Source of the DNA: Mobula hypostoma
Taxonomy: Eukaryota
Direction of reading: 5' to 3'
Assembly: GCF_963921235.1 (NCBI RefSeq)
Contig: NC_086097.1
Span: 63,242,001 to 63,306,000, forward strand
DNA length: 64,000 bases
Shown here: positions 25,483-38,904 of the stretch, one piece after another
Layout of the letters: the number at the start of each line of letters is the position of its first letter
Position numbering within the stretch: the first letter of the stretch is position 1
Notes under the pieces: generated by a model
What the model was told of the DNA's origin: nothing
Database searches by the model: none
Seen by the model: only the letters and a program-made list of their open reading frames with translations
Program-made: the position numbers and the translations under genes

Positions 25483-28108
25483 TTCTTTTTTTTTCTTTTT
25501 AAATCTTTTTATTGAATAAGTATACCAAAAGGTAAGCCATATAAACATTAATACAATGTTAAAATATAATAAAATTACAGAAGGTATCAATACCAAAAAA
25601 AAATACTACAAACAATGTAATTTAAACATAAGAAACCAAGATAACATAATAGTATACTAAATTTTATATATATATCGATAGAAAAAAAGAAAAAAAAACC
25701 CCAAAAAAACAACCCACCGTGCAACTAACTAAAAGCAAAGCAAAGCAATGGGCTAACTTGAAACCAAACAGAGTTAAACTTAAAATCACGTCCTCAATCC
25801 CGACCTCCATTAAAAACAGTGAAAAAAAAACAAGAAGGGTATATATTACATTAAATGAAAATATCGAATAAAAGATCCCCAAATCTGTTCAAATTTAAAT
25901 GAAGAATCATAAAGGTTACTTCTAATTTTCTCCAGATTCAAACATAATATCATCTGGGAGAACCAAAAAAAGGTAGTTGGAGCATTAAGCTCTTTCCAAT
26001 GTTGTAAAATACATCTCTTCGCCATTAAAGTAAGAAATGCAATCATTCTACGGGCTGAAGGGGAAAGATTACTAGAAATTTTAGGTAGTCCAAAGATAGC
26101 AGTAATAGGGTGAGGAGAGATATCTATATTTAACACCTTAGAAATAATATTAAAAATGTCTCTCCAAAAAGTTTCCAAAGTAGGGCAAGACCAAAACATA
26201 TGAGTTAAAGAGGCTATCTGCCCCGAACATCTATCACAAAGAGGATTAATATGCAAGTAAAAACGCGCTAACTTATCTTTGGACATATGTGCTCTATGAA
26301 CAACTTTAAATTGAATTAGGGAATGTTTAGCGCAAATAGAGGAAGTATTAACTAATTGTAAAATCTGCCCCCAATCATCCACAGAAATGGTAAGCCCCAA
26401 TTCCTGTTCCCAATCTACCCTAATCTTATCAAATGGAGCTTTCCTAAGTTTCATAATAATATTATAAATCATAGCCGATGCACCTTTCTGACATGGATTA
26501 AGGTTAATTATCGAATCTAAAATATATGTAGGAGGAAGCATTGGAAAGGAAGAAAGTATAGTACTTAGGAAATTTCTAACTTGCAAATATCTAAAAAAAT
26601 GTATTCTTGATAAATTATATTTGTTAGATAGTTGTTCAAAAGACAAGAGAACCATCTAAAAATAAATCCAAAAACCATAAAATACCCTTAGTCTTCCAAG
26701 TTTGAAAAGCGCGATCCGTAAAAGAGGGAGGAAAAAATATGTTACCTAAGATAGGAATCGCTAACCCGAATTGATTAAGATCAAAAAATTTTCTGAATTG
26801 AAACCAAATACGCAAAGCATATTTAACTATCGGGTTAGAGACCTGCTTAAGGCGTTTCGAATCAAAAGGGAGAGAGGAACCTAAAATAGAGCCAAGTGTA
26901 TAGCCCTGAACAGATTGTAGTTCCAATGCTACCCATTTAGGAATAGATAGTATATCCTGATCAAGCAACCAAAATTTCATATGTCGAATATTAATTGCCC
27001 AATAATAGAATCTAAAGTTAGGTAATGCTAAACCTCCATCTCTTAGCTTTCTGTAAATGTGTTTTACCCAGTCTCGGATTTTTATTCTGCCAAATAAATG
27101 AAGAAATTTTAGAGTCTACTTTATCAAAGAAAGATTTTGGAACAAAAATTGGTAATGCCTGAAACACATATAAAAATTTTGGCAAAAAAAGCATCTTAAC
27201 TGCATTAATACGACCAATCAAAGTTAAATATAAAGGAAACCATTTAGATGAAAGTTGAGTAATATGGTCTATTAATGGTAAAAAGTTAATCTTAAATAAA
27301 TCTTTATATTTACAAGTAATTTTAATCCCAAGATAAGAAAAATAGTTATCAATCAATTTAAATGGAAATTTATAATATAAGGGAAGATGTTTATTAATCG
27401 GAAAGAGTTCACTCTTACTAAGATTTAATTTATAACCTGAAAAAGAACCAAATTGTGCTAATAACTCTAAAACAGCAGGAATGGATTTCTCAGGATTAGA
27501 AATATATAAAAGTAAATCATCAGCATAGAGTGATAATTTATGGGACTTTAATCCCCGAGTTATCCCAGTAATATTTGATGATTCTCGAATAGCAATTGCA
27601 AGAGGTTCTAATGCAATATCAAATAATAGGGGACTAAGAGGACAACCTTGTCGAGTACCTCGAAAAAGAGGAAAAAAAGGTGAGTTTAAAGAGTTAGTAC
27701 GGACCGAGGCTACAGGGGAATGATATAACAGTTTAATCCAGGATATAAATTTCAAGCTAAAGTTAAACATTTCAAGCACCTTAAATAAATAAGGCCATTC
27801 TACTCTATCAAAAGCTTTCTCGGCGTCTAAAGAAATAACACACTCAGGAATATTTTGTGAGGGAGTATAAACGATATTTAACAATGTACGAATATTATAA
27901 AAAGAGTAACGACCTTTAATAAAACCCGTTTGGTCTTCCGAAATAATAGAAGGAAGTACTTTTTCTAGTCTATTTGCTAATAACTTAGAAAAAACTTTAG
28001 AATCAACATTTAATAGAGATATTGGTCTATAAGATGCACATTGAGCAGGGTCTTTATCCTTCTTTAATATTAAAGAAATTGACGCTCTATTAAAAGATTC
28101 AGGAAGTT
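25483..28108 (-). mobile_element. L1-clade LINE, 5'-truncated, with few lesions; inserted in the Gmr1-like pol
   Basis: Poly(A) and AATAAA on the minus strand at 25483-25513. ORFs 27018-27884 (SLDAEKAFDRVEW, GTRQGCPLSP, LYADD), 26636-26980 and 25846-26655 (CDRC...HMFWSC). Confidence 0.93.
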
Positions 28109-30529
28109 CCGGTGGAAGATGTTACTTTATTGTTAGGGAATGACCTAGCAGATGGTAAAGTTGTTTCGGCAGTGCAGCTAACAACTAAGCCAATCACTGA
28201 TGATTCAAACATGGATTCCACCGTTTATCCCTCCTGCACAGTAACTCTAAGTATGGCTAAGAAGTCAGTAAATGCAGATAGTTCTGTGCAGCATGACTCT
28301 GCTAGCCATGATAGTCAAAATCAGGATTCAAGTTTTGATGACTTGTCAGGAACTTCTCTGCCTCGTTGGTTCACCAGGATCCAGGTAATAAATCTGACGA
28401 GAAAGATATTAAACTCTAGGAAGGAGTTTATAGCAGAACAGAACTGAGACCATGAGATTGAAGCTTTAAAAGAACAAGCTCTCTCAGATGATGACATTGA
28501 ATCTCAGGTTAATGGTGCGTATTTCATAATCAAAACACCTGATCATAAATGAAAAATGCAGCTTTGTCATATCAATATGATAAAACCTTATGATGAGAAA
28601 ATGACCTTTGGTGAGACACATCCAGCAGCTGTGGTGGCTGTTGACAGCCACGGTGAGACTGAAGACCCTGCGAAGGTAATTGTTGATTCTGCTGAGATTC
28701 ATTTTAAACCAAACATTGTCTCAGTAAGACTAACAAATTTGGCTATTCTTCTAGAAAATGTTGATAACAAGTTAGCCCATTTGCAGCCACAGCAAATGAA
28801 AGAATTAATTTTGAAATTTAAAGACTCACTTCCCGATGTTCCCAGGAAAACCACAGTTGCATCACATGACGTAGATGTGGGGAATGCCAAGCCGATTAAA
28901 CAACGCCCCTATCGTATGAATGTGGAAAAATGTAAATTGATTGAACAAGAAATTGAATATATGCTGAAAAATGGTATTATTCAGCCTTCTAATTCAGATT
29001 GGAGTTCACCTTGCATTATTGTGCCTAAGCCAGATGGTAGTATAGGGTTTTGCACTGATACAGAAAGATGAATGCTGTAACAAAAACAGATACTTATCCA
29101 TGCCTTGGGTGGATGATTGCATAGACAAGGTTGAAAAAGCTAAGTTTCTTACAAAGATTGTTAAAAGGATACTGGTGTGTTCCACTGACAGATAGAGGTA
29201 GAGAAATTTCTGCATTTGTGACACCTTCAGGGTTATGATCAGAGATTAAGGGAGTTAGGGCTTTACTCTTTGGAGAGAAGGAGGATGAGAGGAGACATGA
29301 TAGAGGTGTACAAGATAATAAGAGGAATAGATAGAGTGGATAGCCAGCGCCTCTTCCCCAGGGCACCTTCAAGGGGGATATTAGAGGAAGGTTTTTTTAA
29401 CTCAGAGAGTGGTTGGTGCATGGAATACACTGCCTGAGTCAGTGGTGGAGGCAGATACACTCGTGAAGTTTAAGAGACTACTAGACAGGTATGTGGAGGA
29501 ACTTAAGGTGGGGGCTTATATGGGAGGCAGGGTTTGAGGGTCAGCACAACATTGTGGGCCGAAGGGCCTGTACTGTGCTGTACTATTCTATGTTCTATGT
29601 TCTATGTTCTATGCTTCTGCTTGGTACTGCGCAAGCACTGCTGTTTGAAATGAAAAATGCTCCAGGAACATTTCAGAAAATGATTAATTCTGTAATTCAA
29701 GAGTTAAAACATACAGATGCCTATATTGGTGATTTAGTCACAGGGAATGACACATGGGAAGCACATTATCTCTGCAATGGAAGTGTTGTTTGAAAGGCTT
29801 TCGAAGGCCAACCTTACAGTTAATTTAGCTAAGAGTGAATTTGGCCATGCCACTGTGACCTATCTTGGTTATGTGGTAGGTCAAGGTGAGTTAGATCCTG
29901 TTCAAGCAAAAGTTCAGGCAATTTCTGAAGTTCCCATTCCAACTGGTAAAAAGGCTCTCAGAAGATTTCTGGGAATGGTTCGATACTATCGTAAGTTTTG
30001 TAAGAACTTTGCTGACATTGCTCTTCCTTTGACTAATCTCCTGAAGAAGGGTGAAAAGTTTGTTTGGACAGAACCTTGTCAGGAGGCATTTGATCAGTGA
30101 AAAGCCATTTTATATCATCAACCTGTGCTCCGAGCACCTGATTTTACAAAGCTATTTTCTATAGCTGTGGATGCCATTGATGAAGCTGCAGGGGCAGTGT
30201 TACTACAAAAGGATGATTGTGATGGAGTTAAACATCCTGTAGCTTACTTTTCAAAGAAATTCAATGAGCATCAGATAAATTATTCCACCATAGAGAAAGA
30301 ATTGTTGTCACTTATTTTAGCTTTACAGCATTTTGATGTTTATATTTGCCCAGCTCAGAAACCACTTGTGGTTATACTGATCATAATCCATTGGTTTTTT
30401 TGAGTAAGACGAAGGACAAAAAACAGACGGTTGTTAAATTGGAGTCTGACTTTGCAGGAATATGATCTTATGATAACTCACATTAAAGGCAAAGATAATG
30501 TAACTGCCCATTGTCTTTCCAGATGTTAA
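28109..30529 (+). pseudogene. Gmr1-like pol remnant: protease end, integrase C-terminal tail (core deleted), RT, RNase H
   Basis: Peptides VEDVTLLLGNDLA, YFIIKTPD..HINMIKPY, PIKQRPYR..SDWSSP, MKNAPGTFQ..AYIGD, AVDA..GAVLLQ..NYSTIEKE, then HIKGKDNV..LSRC* shortly before the 3' LTR. Confidence 0.85.
29241..29613 (+). mobile_element. Short CR1 3' end inserted in the Gypsy RT
   Basis: Reads LRELGLYSLERRRMRGDMIEVYKI, ends in a (TTCTATG)n tail, and interrupts RT just after TPSGL. Confidence 0.88.
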
Positions 30530-30684
30530 GCTTGCAATGTATTTTTTAATAGTGGAGTAGAATCTGGTATCTGTAAATGCATCTGCAATGTTTTATGATT
30601 ACCATACATGTATTGCTTCGCATTGTGCAGTTTACAGTTAAAATTTTGCTCTTGCAGAGCAAAATTTTTCTTTTTTGGGGCAAG

Positions 30685-31499
30685 CGTTATGAACTCACAG
30701 GTTTCGTTTACTGTGGACTGTCACTTTAAGAGAGCCTAAATAGGGCGGAACTCTGATGTTGTTCACAGACTGGCTTGCAGCTTGTTTAACTTTAAAACAA
30801 GGACACAGACAGTCACATGAGAGAGGGAGAGGGGGAGAGGGGGAGAAGGGGAGAGAGAGAAAACTAAACTAAACTTCAGCTGGTCACTGCGATGGTTCAA
30901 AACTCTCTTATGCGGCACAAGGGTGGGTTAAATATCTGCACACAGTGCACTACGAATGGGTGTCTGTCACGTCATATAATCCAAAGGAGTGGATTTTGTC
31001 TGGGATATCCTGCAGAGACCACTTATGTGTTAACCCTTGCCTGGGTATGTTGTGTGGCAACCCCTTGAAGATGATATCTCTGTGACAGATCACTTGCAGT
31101 AATAATTTGTATGTGGATTTGGAATGACGATGGACAAGATCTATGGCGACTGTTATTTCGTTTTACCATCATGGAATCTGTGGAATACTTTGTAATTACC
31201 TCTTCTCTATGTTTCACCCTGGATTACAAATATCTCTCTCCTATCATACATTCCGTGAATGAACCGAACTTTCCTACTTTACCATCTCAAGACTAAGCTT
31301 TGTTTCCCCAAGCCTAACTTAGTCTGGGAGCTATATTTACACACATACATACGCATAACACTGTTAACATTTCTTTATCTTGGTTAAGTTATGATATTAT
31401 AAGTAGATACTAGTAAAGATTGTGGTTTTAACATTAAAACCTGACTCAGTGTGAAATCTCTTGCTGCTGGTTTATCTCTAAAAGTTACTGTATGTAACA
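30685..31499 (+). repeat. 3' LTR of the Gmr1-like element
   Basis: CGTTAT...GTAACA termini; diverged direct repeat of the 5' LTR. Confidence 0.93.
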
Positions 31500-33461
31500 A
31501 GTGGAAGAGTTCGAGGCCTGGTACCAAGCAGATAATTAAGCAGATCCTTAGTGTCTACTTGACAAAGCAGATGGTTATCGACTTCAGGAAAACTCACACC
31601 ACTCACAGCCCTCACCCCCTCCCCCACCCTGCTTATCATCAGCTGCACAGCAGTGGAAACTGCAAGCAATTTCAAATTCCTGGGAGTGCACATCACACAC
31701 AATCTCTCATGGTCCAAGAACACTTTCTACACAGTAAAGAACGCTCACCAATGCCTTCACTTTTTGAGGGGCAGAAGAGAGCTGGACTTCGTGCACCCAC
31801 ACTCATGTCTCTCTACAGCTGCTCAGGAGAGAACATCCTAACAAGCTGAATCACTGCTTCATATGGAAACTGCACTGCAGTGGACAGGAAGGCTCTACAA
31901 CAGGTAGTCAAACCTGCCCAACACACCCCTGGCACCAGCCTACCCACCATCAAGGACATATATGCAAAGAGCTGCCAGAAAAAGAGCAACTAACATCATG
32001 AAGGATGGCACCCACCCTGCTCATAGACTGCTTTTCTCACTCCCATCAGGTAGGAGGCTACATAGCATCCACACCAGGGCCACCAGACTGAAAAACAGTT
32101 ACTTTCCCCAAAAGTTAAGGGTGATCAACACCTCCATCCACTAAACCACCTTCTCTCGCCCGACCACAACTACTTTACCAATTATTGTCAGTCACCTAAT
32201 GTATAGACACTCCTTTGCTTATTGTCACTTAATGGGCATACAATCAATCTATGTATATGTTATTTTATGTATTTATTATTATTATGTTCTTTACGTTTTG
32301 CATTTTTGTGCTGCATCGGATCTGGAGTAACAACTATTTCATTCTCCTTTGCACTTGTCTACAGGAAATGATATGAAACAATCTTGAATGTTGAATCTTG
32401 AAGATATTTCTTGTCAATTGATAGCCATCTTGAGTAAACTGCAATAACGTTTTTATGGAGATAGGTAACACACTCAGATTACAAGCCTTGGTGCAACTCA
32501 GAGTTTGGCTTCTTGAGCAAATGGCTTTTTGATCGCTATTGCAAAGCCATGCCAGAGAACAGTGAATAATGCAGTGAGCGAGCTCATGGAAATATTTTAC
32601 TGCAAAGTGAAATTAATCTCTCTGCAGCTGCTACTGAAGCTAAATTCATCCTCAGGCTTGTAAATCTCACATATAAAATCACACCCACATGAGAAATAAT
32701 CCTGGACGTCTACTGCCATAAGCCGATGTAAAGTTTCAGGTCTTAATATTATCTTGGAATACTGAACTTCTTTGATTTAGCATTGAGCAGCCTTATTTGG
32801 GGAAAAAAAATGCTAAGAACAACTGTGACCTCCTTCAACATTTAGGAAGATAAATGTTGTTTACCAGATTATTGAAACATCTAGGGACAGTGAGTTACAA
32901 ATATTGTCATAAAAACAGGCAAACGGCTTCAATGGATGTTGTCACTATCATTTTGGGAAAAACAAAAGATCAAAGGGAAAACTATAAAGTGGGCTGGATC
33001 ATATATACACAAGAGCTGGATGGAAATCATTAGCTGAGTCCCGCAGCATGAGTTTGTAAATTGTACTTCAATAGCAGTGGGGATGGAAATGAAGGTGCGA
33101 GGACAGGGTGTTAGTTAGGAATTAGCCTGGTATGCATACATTAATTTTGTGGGATCCAGAGGATAATTTTGCTCGACCTGTTCCCTCATAATAACAAAGA
33201 CTACACTTCAGCTGTACTTCATTGGCAGAGATTGGAAAGGACAAAAAAGTAAATCTTTTTGTTTCATCATAACAGTGGATGTTCTCCTCAGGAAGCCACA
33301 AATGTGGCTTTGGTTCCCTCTCTGTGTAAGAAGCCTTATACGCAGATTTATAATATTCCTGCTTAGGTCATTTGGGCAATATAAGAGGCATTGGGGGAGG
33401 GGGAAGAGGAAACAATCTGAGGTACTGTGTAACCTGGTTTCTGCCAGGCAAAGATAGTCAA

Positions 33462-33585
33462 AAACAAGAAACAACCTGCTGGAAGAACTTAGCAGGTTGA
33501 TCAGCCGTTGTGGGCGGAAGGGTATCGCTGCCATTTTGGATCGAAACCCTGTTCAACCCACTGAGTTCCTCCAATAGATTGTTTA
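33462..33585. mobile_element. Highly degraded fold-back Penelope pLTR-like remnant
   Basis: AAACAACCTGCTGGAAGAACTTAGCAGGTTG and CAACCCACTGAGTTCCTCCAATAGATTGTTT are imperfect inverted repeats resembling pLTR ends. Confidence 0.4.
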
Positions 33586-34499
33586 GCATGTTCGCTGATA
33601 ATGCATCCTAAAATTCCTTATATTCCCAACTCTATGACACAGTTGCTATCTGAAACATTGAAATTTCACCGTCACTCTGACTCTCAGAGATGAGTACCAG
33701 TCAGCCCAACCTGAGTTATAAATCAGTTGTATTTAGCGATTTCAAGATTGCTTTTGCTGTCTGTATGCCCCTTGTGGTTTTCTTTCTTTACACAAAAGCA
33801 ACAGCAGAAACCCCAGTATCAAGCTCACATGAGAATGAGTGGTGCACAAAGCAGGTTTTGTAGGAAATGCCATTGTCTTTGCAATGGGAATCATTCAACG
33901 TATGTGTGGCTGTTCAGAGTAAGTTTGCAGATTGCAAAGGCCACCTGATATACAGCTAAACAGGATAAGGCAAAGTCAAGCTTAGAGCATGGATCAGCTC
34001 ATGGAATTATGATATTTTAGCCACTAGTGAGACTTGAGGGTGTAGGGGGCTCTGGATAGAGGTAGTACCTTTGATGTCTGGTAGCTGCACTCTACCTTGT
34101 AGGGTGGACAGGCATCACTGGTCCGCATCCATCTCCTAAATCTCTCATATCTGCCTCCAAGTGGCACACCCTGGTACACCGCTTCAGCTGGTGGGTTAAA
34201 TGATGTGAGGGGCTGGTGTTAACACAGCACCACTGGGTGAAGGACCTCGTCAATGAAGTCACCGGCCAGGGCAGGTGAGTTCCTCGAAGGACTACAACGA
34301 CCACATGCTCGTGACCAGAGAGAGCCAGCGAGTTGGAGAGCATCAGCTGTGGTCTGGCCTGGAAAGCGATGGGCACCACCAGGCCTCACTTGCCCAAGAC
34401 ATATGAAAGAGCCCACACGACCCCCAGGCGGGTTGCGCGATCTGAACCAAACCAGACCAAAGAGAGACTTGGTTGCAGGAGGGGCAGGACGGGCAGCTC

Positions 34500-37218
34500 A
34501 GTGTTTCAGGTTTCCATTGATTTGGACGTGATAGAACGGGAAGGATTAAAGGTGGAGGGGTGGCATAATTGTTAGGGAAAATGTCATGGCAGTGCTCAGT
34601 CAAGATAGACTGGACAGCTCGCTTAGTGAGGCATTATGGGTACACCTGTGGAACAAGAAAGGTATGACCACGTTAATGAGTTTATATAATAGTCCACTCA
34701 AAAGTCAACGAGATTTAAAGGAGCAAATTTGTAGAGAGATCGCAGACTGTTGCAAGAACCATAAGGTGGATTTTAACTTTCCACATATTGACTGGGACTC
34801 CAATACTGTAAAAGGGCTGGATGGGACAGAGTTTGTCAAATGTGTTCAGGTAAGTTTCCTTAATTAGTGGAAGTCCCAACTAGAGAGAGTGTGATACTAG
34901 ATCTCCTATTAGGGAATGATACTGGGTAGGTTCAGATGTTTGTGTAGGGAAGCACTTTGCATCTAGTGATCATAATCCCATTAGTTTCAAGGTAATTGTG
35001 GAAAAGGATAGGTCTTGTCATCAAGTTGAGATACTAAATCAGGGAAAGGCCAATTTTGATGGAATCAGAAAGGATCTGGTAAGTGTGGATTGGGATAGCT
35101 TGTTTTCTGGCAGAGGTGAACCTGGTAAATGGGAGCTCTTCAAAAGTGAAGTTTTGAAAGTGCGAAGTTTGTTTGTATGTCAGAATAGAAGGCAAGGATT
35201 ACAGGTTTATAGAATCTCAGTTTACAAGAGATTATGAGTCCCTGGTGAAAAAAAAAGAGGTACGTAGCGCTTATAGGCAGGTGGGAACAAATGAGGTACG
35301 TGAGAAATAGAAGAAATGCAAGAGAACACTTAAGAAGGAAATCTGAAGGGCTAATAGAAGGCATGAGATTGCTCTACCAGACTATGTGAAGGAGACTCCC
35401 AAGGGCTTCAACAGATATATTAAGAGCAAAAGGATAGCCATGGACAAGATTGGTCCTCAGGAAGATCAGAGAGGTAATCTCTGTGTGGAATCGAATGAGG
35501 TGGGGGAGATATCAAATGGAATTTTTTGTATCAGCATTTATTCAGGAGGTGAACACAGAATCTATAGAGGTGAGGCCAAGCAGCCCCGAGGTCATGGACC
35601 TTATACAGATTACAGAGGAGAGGTGCTTGCTGTCTTGAGGCAAGTTAGGGTTCCCTTGGACCCTGTGGGAGGCTAGTGCAGAAATCGCAGGGGCTCTAGC
35701 AGAGATGCTGTATTTTGAACATCCTTAGCCACAGATGAGGTGCCGGAGGATTGGCAGATAACTAATATTGTTCTGTTATATAAGAAAGGCTCTAAGAATA
35801 AGCGAGGAAATTATAAGCCAATGAGCCTGACATCAGTAATGGGAGTGTTATTGGAAGGTATTTTTAGGGACCGGATATATGAGTATTTGGATAGACATGT
35901 ATCCATTGAGGATAGATAACATGGCTTTTTGTGTTGTAAGTCATGTTTATCCAATCTTACAGAGTTTTTTGAGAAAGTTACCAGGAAAGTTGATGAAGGC
36001 AAGGCAGTGGATGTTGTCTACATGGACTTCAGCAAGACATATGACAAGATTTGCATGGGAGGTTAGTCAAAAAGGTTTAGCGGCTTAGTATTCAAAATGA
36101 AGTACTAAATTAGAATAGACATTGCCTTTGCAGAAATAGCCAGAGAGTGGTAGGAGATGGTTGCCTCTCTAACTGGAGGCCCGTGACTAGTGGAGTACCA
36201 AAGGGATTGTGCTGAGTCCGTTGTTGTTTGTCATCTATATCAACAATCTAGATGATAATGTGGTTAACTGGATTAGCAAATTTGCATATGTCACCAACAT
36301 TGGGGGTACAGTGCATAGCGAGAAAGTCTATCAAAGCTTGCAACAGGATCTAGACCAGTTGGATACATGGGCTGAAAAATGGCAGATGGAATTTAATACA
36401 GACAATACAAGTTGTTGCAGGTTGGGTGGACAACCCAGGTAGGTCTTACGTGGTGAACGGTAAGGCACTGGGGACTGCGGTAGAACAGTGATCTGGGAAT
36501 ACAGATCCAATCCAATGCAAAACCTATTTCCCCCTGGGATCAATAAAGTATGACTATGACTACTATGACTATAATTCTTTGAAAGTGGCATTACAGGTGG
36601 ATAGGGTTGTAAAGAAAGCTTTTGGCATATTGACCTTTATAAATCAATGTGTTCAGTATAGGAGTTAGGATGTTATGTGGAAATTGTAAAAGAGGCTTGT
36701 GAGGCCCAATTTGGAATATTGACTGCAGTTATGGTCACCTACCTACAGGAAAGATGTCAATAAGATTGAAAGAGTACAGCAAAAATTTACAGGATGTTGC
36801 CGGGGCTTGACAACCTGATTTATAGGGAAAGGTTGAACAGGTTAAGACTTCATTCCGTAGATCGTACAAGATTGAGCGGAGATTTGTTAGAGATATACAA
36901 AGTATGAGGAACATGAGGGGTAAATGCCAACAGGCTTTTTCTACTGAGTTTGGGTGAGAATACAACTAGCAGTCATGGGTTACCAGTGGAAGGAGAAATC
37001 TTTAAGGAAACATGAGATGGAACTTCACTCAAAGGATGGTGAGCTACTAGCACAAGTGGATGTGGAGTAGATTTAATCATTTAAGAGAAATTTGGATAGG
37101 TGGATGGATGATGTATGGCTGTAGTTTGGGTGCAAGGTCCATAGGAGTAGGCAGATTAATGGTTTGGCCCAGACTAAATAGACTGAAGGGCCTATTTCTA
37201 TGCTGCAGTGTACTATGG
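34500..37218 (+). mobile_element. Old degraded CR1 LINE (endonuclease remnant through 3' UTR)
   Basis: Peptides DFNFPHIDW, KANFDGIRKDL, YIKSKR..KIGP, NYKPMSL and VIYINNLD. Many stops. Confidence 0.85.
36513..36572 (+). mobile_element. Tail-only Rex/Babar insertion within CR1
   Basis: ATTTCCCCCTGGGATCAATAAAGTATGACTATGAC matches the tail at 11821-11862. Confidence 0.75.
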
Positions 37219-37549
37219 CTCAAAGCAGGTATAGCGAACAACCACTGGCTGTTCCACCATGGGAATGAATGTATATAGAACCAGAAATTCAATGTGGTGC
37301 CATTTGCACATATAAGTTGAAAATATATTTTGATGAGATCCATGAAACGTTTGGAGAAATGGAATGTATGGTCCTCCATAAACGGGAAAATTATAAATGT
37401 GGAAACTAACTCTGTTAGGAAAAGTTTGTTTGAGGGAGTTGGGGATGAATTGGAGAAATAATATTAGCATTAATGCAATACGATAATGTTTAAGGAAGCT
37501 TCTGAAACATTATAAAGATATGATTAAGGATTCATACACCCCCCAGTTT

Positions 37550-38838
37550 GGTCACGACTAGAATCAACACCTGTCTCAGGAAGGAACTAGAACTACTGCA
37601 ATTTGCCTATGGCCACTATAGGTCAACAGCAGGCATGATCTCAATGGCTCACCATGCAGCTTCAGATCACTTGGACAATGCAGATACCTATGTCAGTATG
37701 CTATTTATTGATTATAGCTCAGCATTTAACACCAACATTCCTACAGACCTGATCTAAAAATTATAGAACCTAGGCCTCTGTAGCTTCCTCTACAACTAGA
37801 TCCTCGACTTCCTAACCAGAAGACCACAATCTGTGTGAATTGGAAATAACATCTCCACCTCACTGACAATTAACACTGGCACTTCACAGGGATATATACT
37901 TAGCCCACTGCTCTATTCTGTCTACACCCATAGATGTGTGGCTCAGCACAGCTCAAACAGCATCTATAAATTTGCTGATGATACAACCATTGTTGGCAGA
38001 ATTTCAGATGGTGAAAAAAGGGCATACAGGAGTGAGACATAGCAGTTCATTGAGCGGTTTCGCAGCAACAGCCTGGCACTCAGCATCAGCAAGACCAAAG
38101 AGTTTATTATGACCTTCGGGAAGGATAAGACAAGGGAACACTTACCAAGCCTCTAGAGAGACCAGAAGTGGAGAGAGTGAGCAGTTTCCAGTTCCTGGGT
38201 GTCAATGCCTCTGAGGACCTAACCTGGATGCAACATATTGGTGCAATTATAAAGAAGGCAAGACAGCGGCTATATTTCATTCGGAGTTTGAGGAGGTTTA
38301 GTTTGTCAACTAAAACATTCAAAATCTTCTTCAAATGTACCATAGAAAGCATCCTGACTGGCTGCATCATTGTCTGGTATGGGGGTGGGGATGGGGCTAC
38401 TGCACAAGATCGAAAGAAGATGCAGAGATTTGTAAAATTATTCAGTTCTATCATGGGTGCAATCCTTTGTATTATCCAAGACATCTTCAAGGAGCAGTGC
38501 CTTAAGGATCCCAGCCACCGAGTACATGCCTTCTACTCAATGTTACTGTCAGGTAGGAGGTACAGAAGCCTGAAGGCACACACTCAGTAATTCAGGAACA
38601 ACCTTCCCCTCTGCCATCCAATTCCTAAATGGACATTGAACCCATGAACACTACCTCACTACATTCTTATTTCTGTTATTTTGCACTACTTAACATAAGT
38701 ATTTAATAGACATATGTATACTTGCTGCAGCTCAGTTTTTTCTCTATATTTATTTATCATGTATTTCATTGTACTGCTGCCGTAAAGTTAACAAATTTCA
38801 TGACATATGCTGGTGATATCAAATGTGATTCTGATTCC
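37550..38838 (+). mobile_element. Rex/Babar LINE, 5'-truncated
   Basis: Peptides LQFAY..RST..YVSMLFIDYSSAFNT and KFADDTT, ORF 38168-38590, and a GATTCTGATT tail. Confidence 0.88.
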
Positions 38839-38904
38839 AATGCTGATAAATGACACCAAACTCATTTATGTATTAAATCAAATGTCAAAGTATTGGTAAT
38901 CAAA

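Larger units (their letters stand above)
21302..31499 (+). mobile_element. Gmr1-like Ty3/Gypsy LTR retrotransposon, defective, both LTRs present
   Basis: LTRs at 21302-22167 and 30685-31499, TSD GGTG/AGTG (one mismatch), tRNA-Pro PBS. Internal order is gag, protease DTGA, integrase tail, RT, RNase H. Confidence 0.92.
21195..32402 (+). mobile_element. Rex/Babar LINE 3' part (21195-21301 + 31504-32402), host of the Gmr1-like element
   Basis: Reading KFADV..VMGLIANDDEMAYREEV | EEFEAWYQADN is continuous across the LTR element. Ends in RATRLKNSYFP and a (TCTTGAA)n tail. Confidence 0.85.

Noticed and set aside
32400..33460. Possible conserved non-coding or enhancer region
   Set aside because: It is unique AT-rich DNA with no motif I can support without cross-species alignment.
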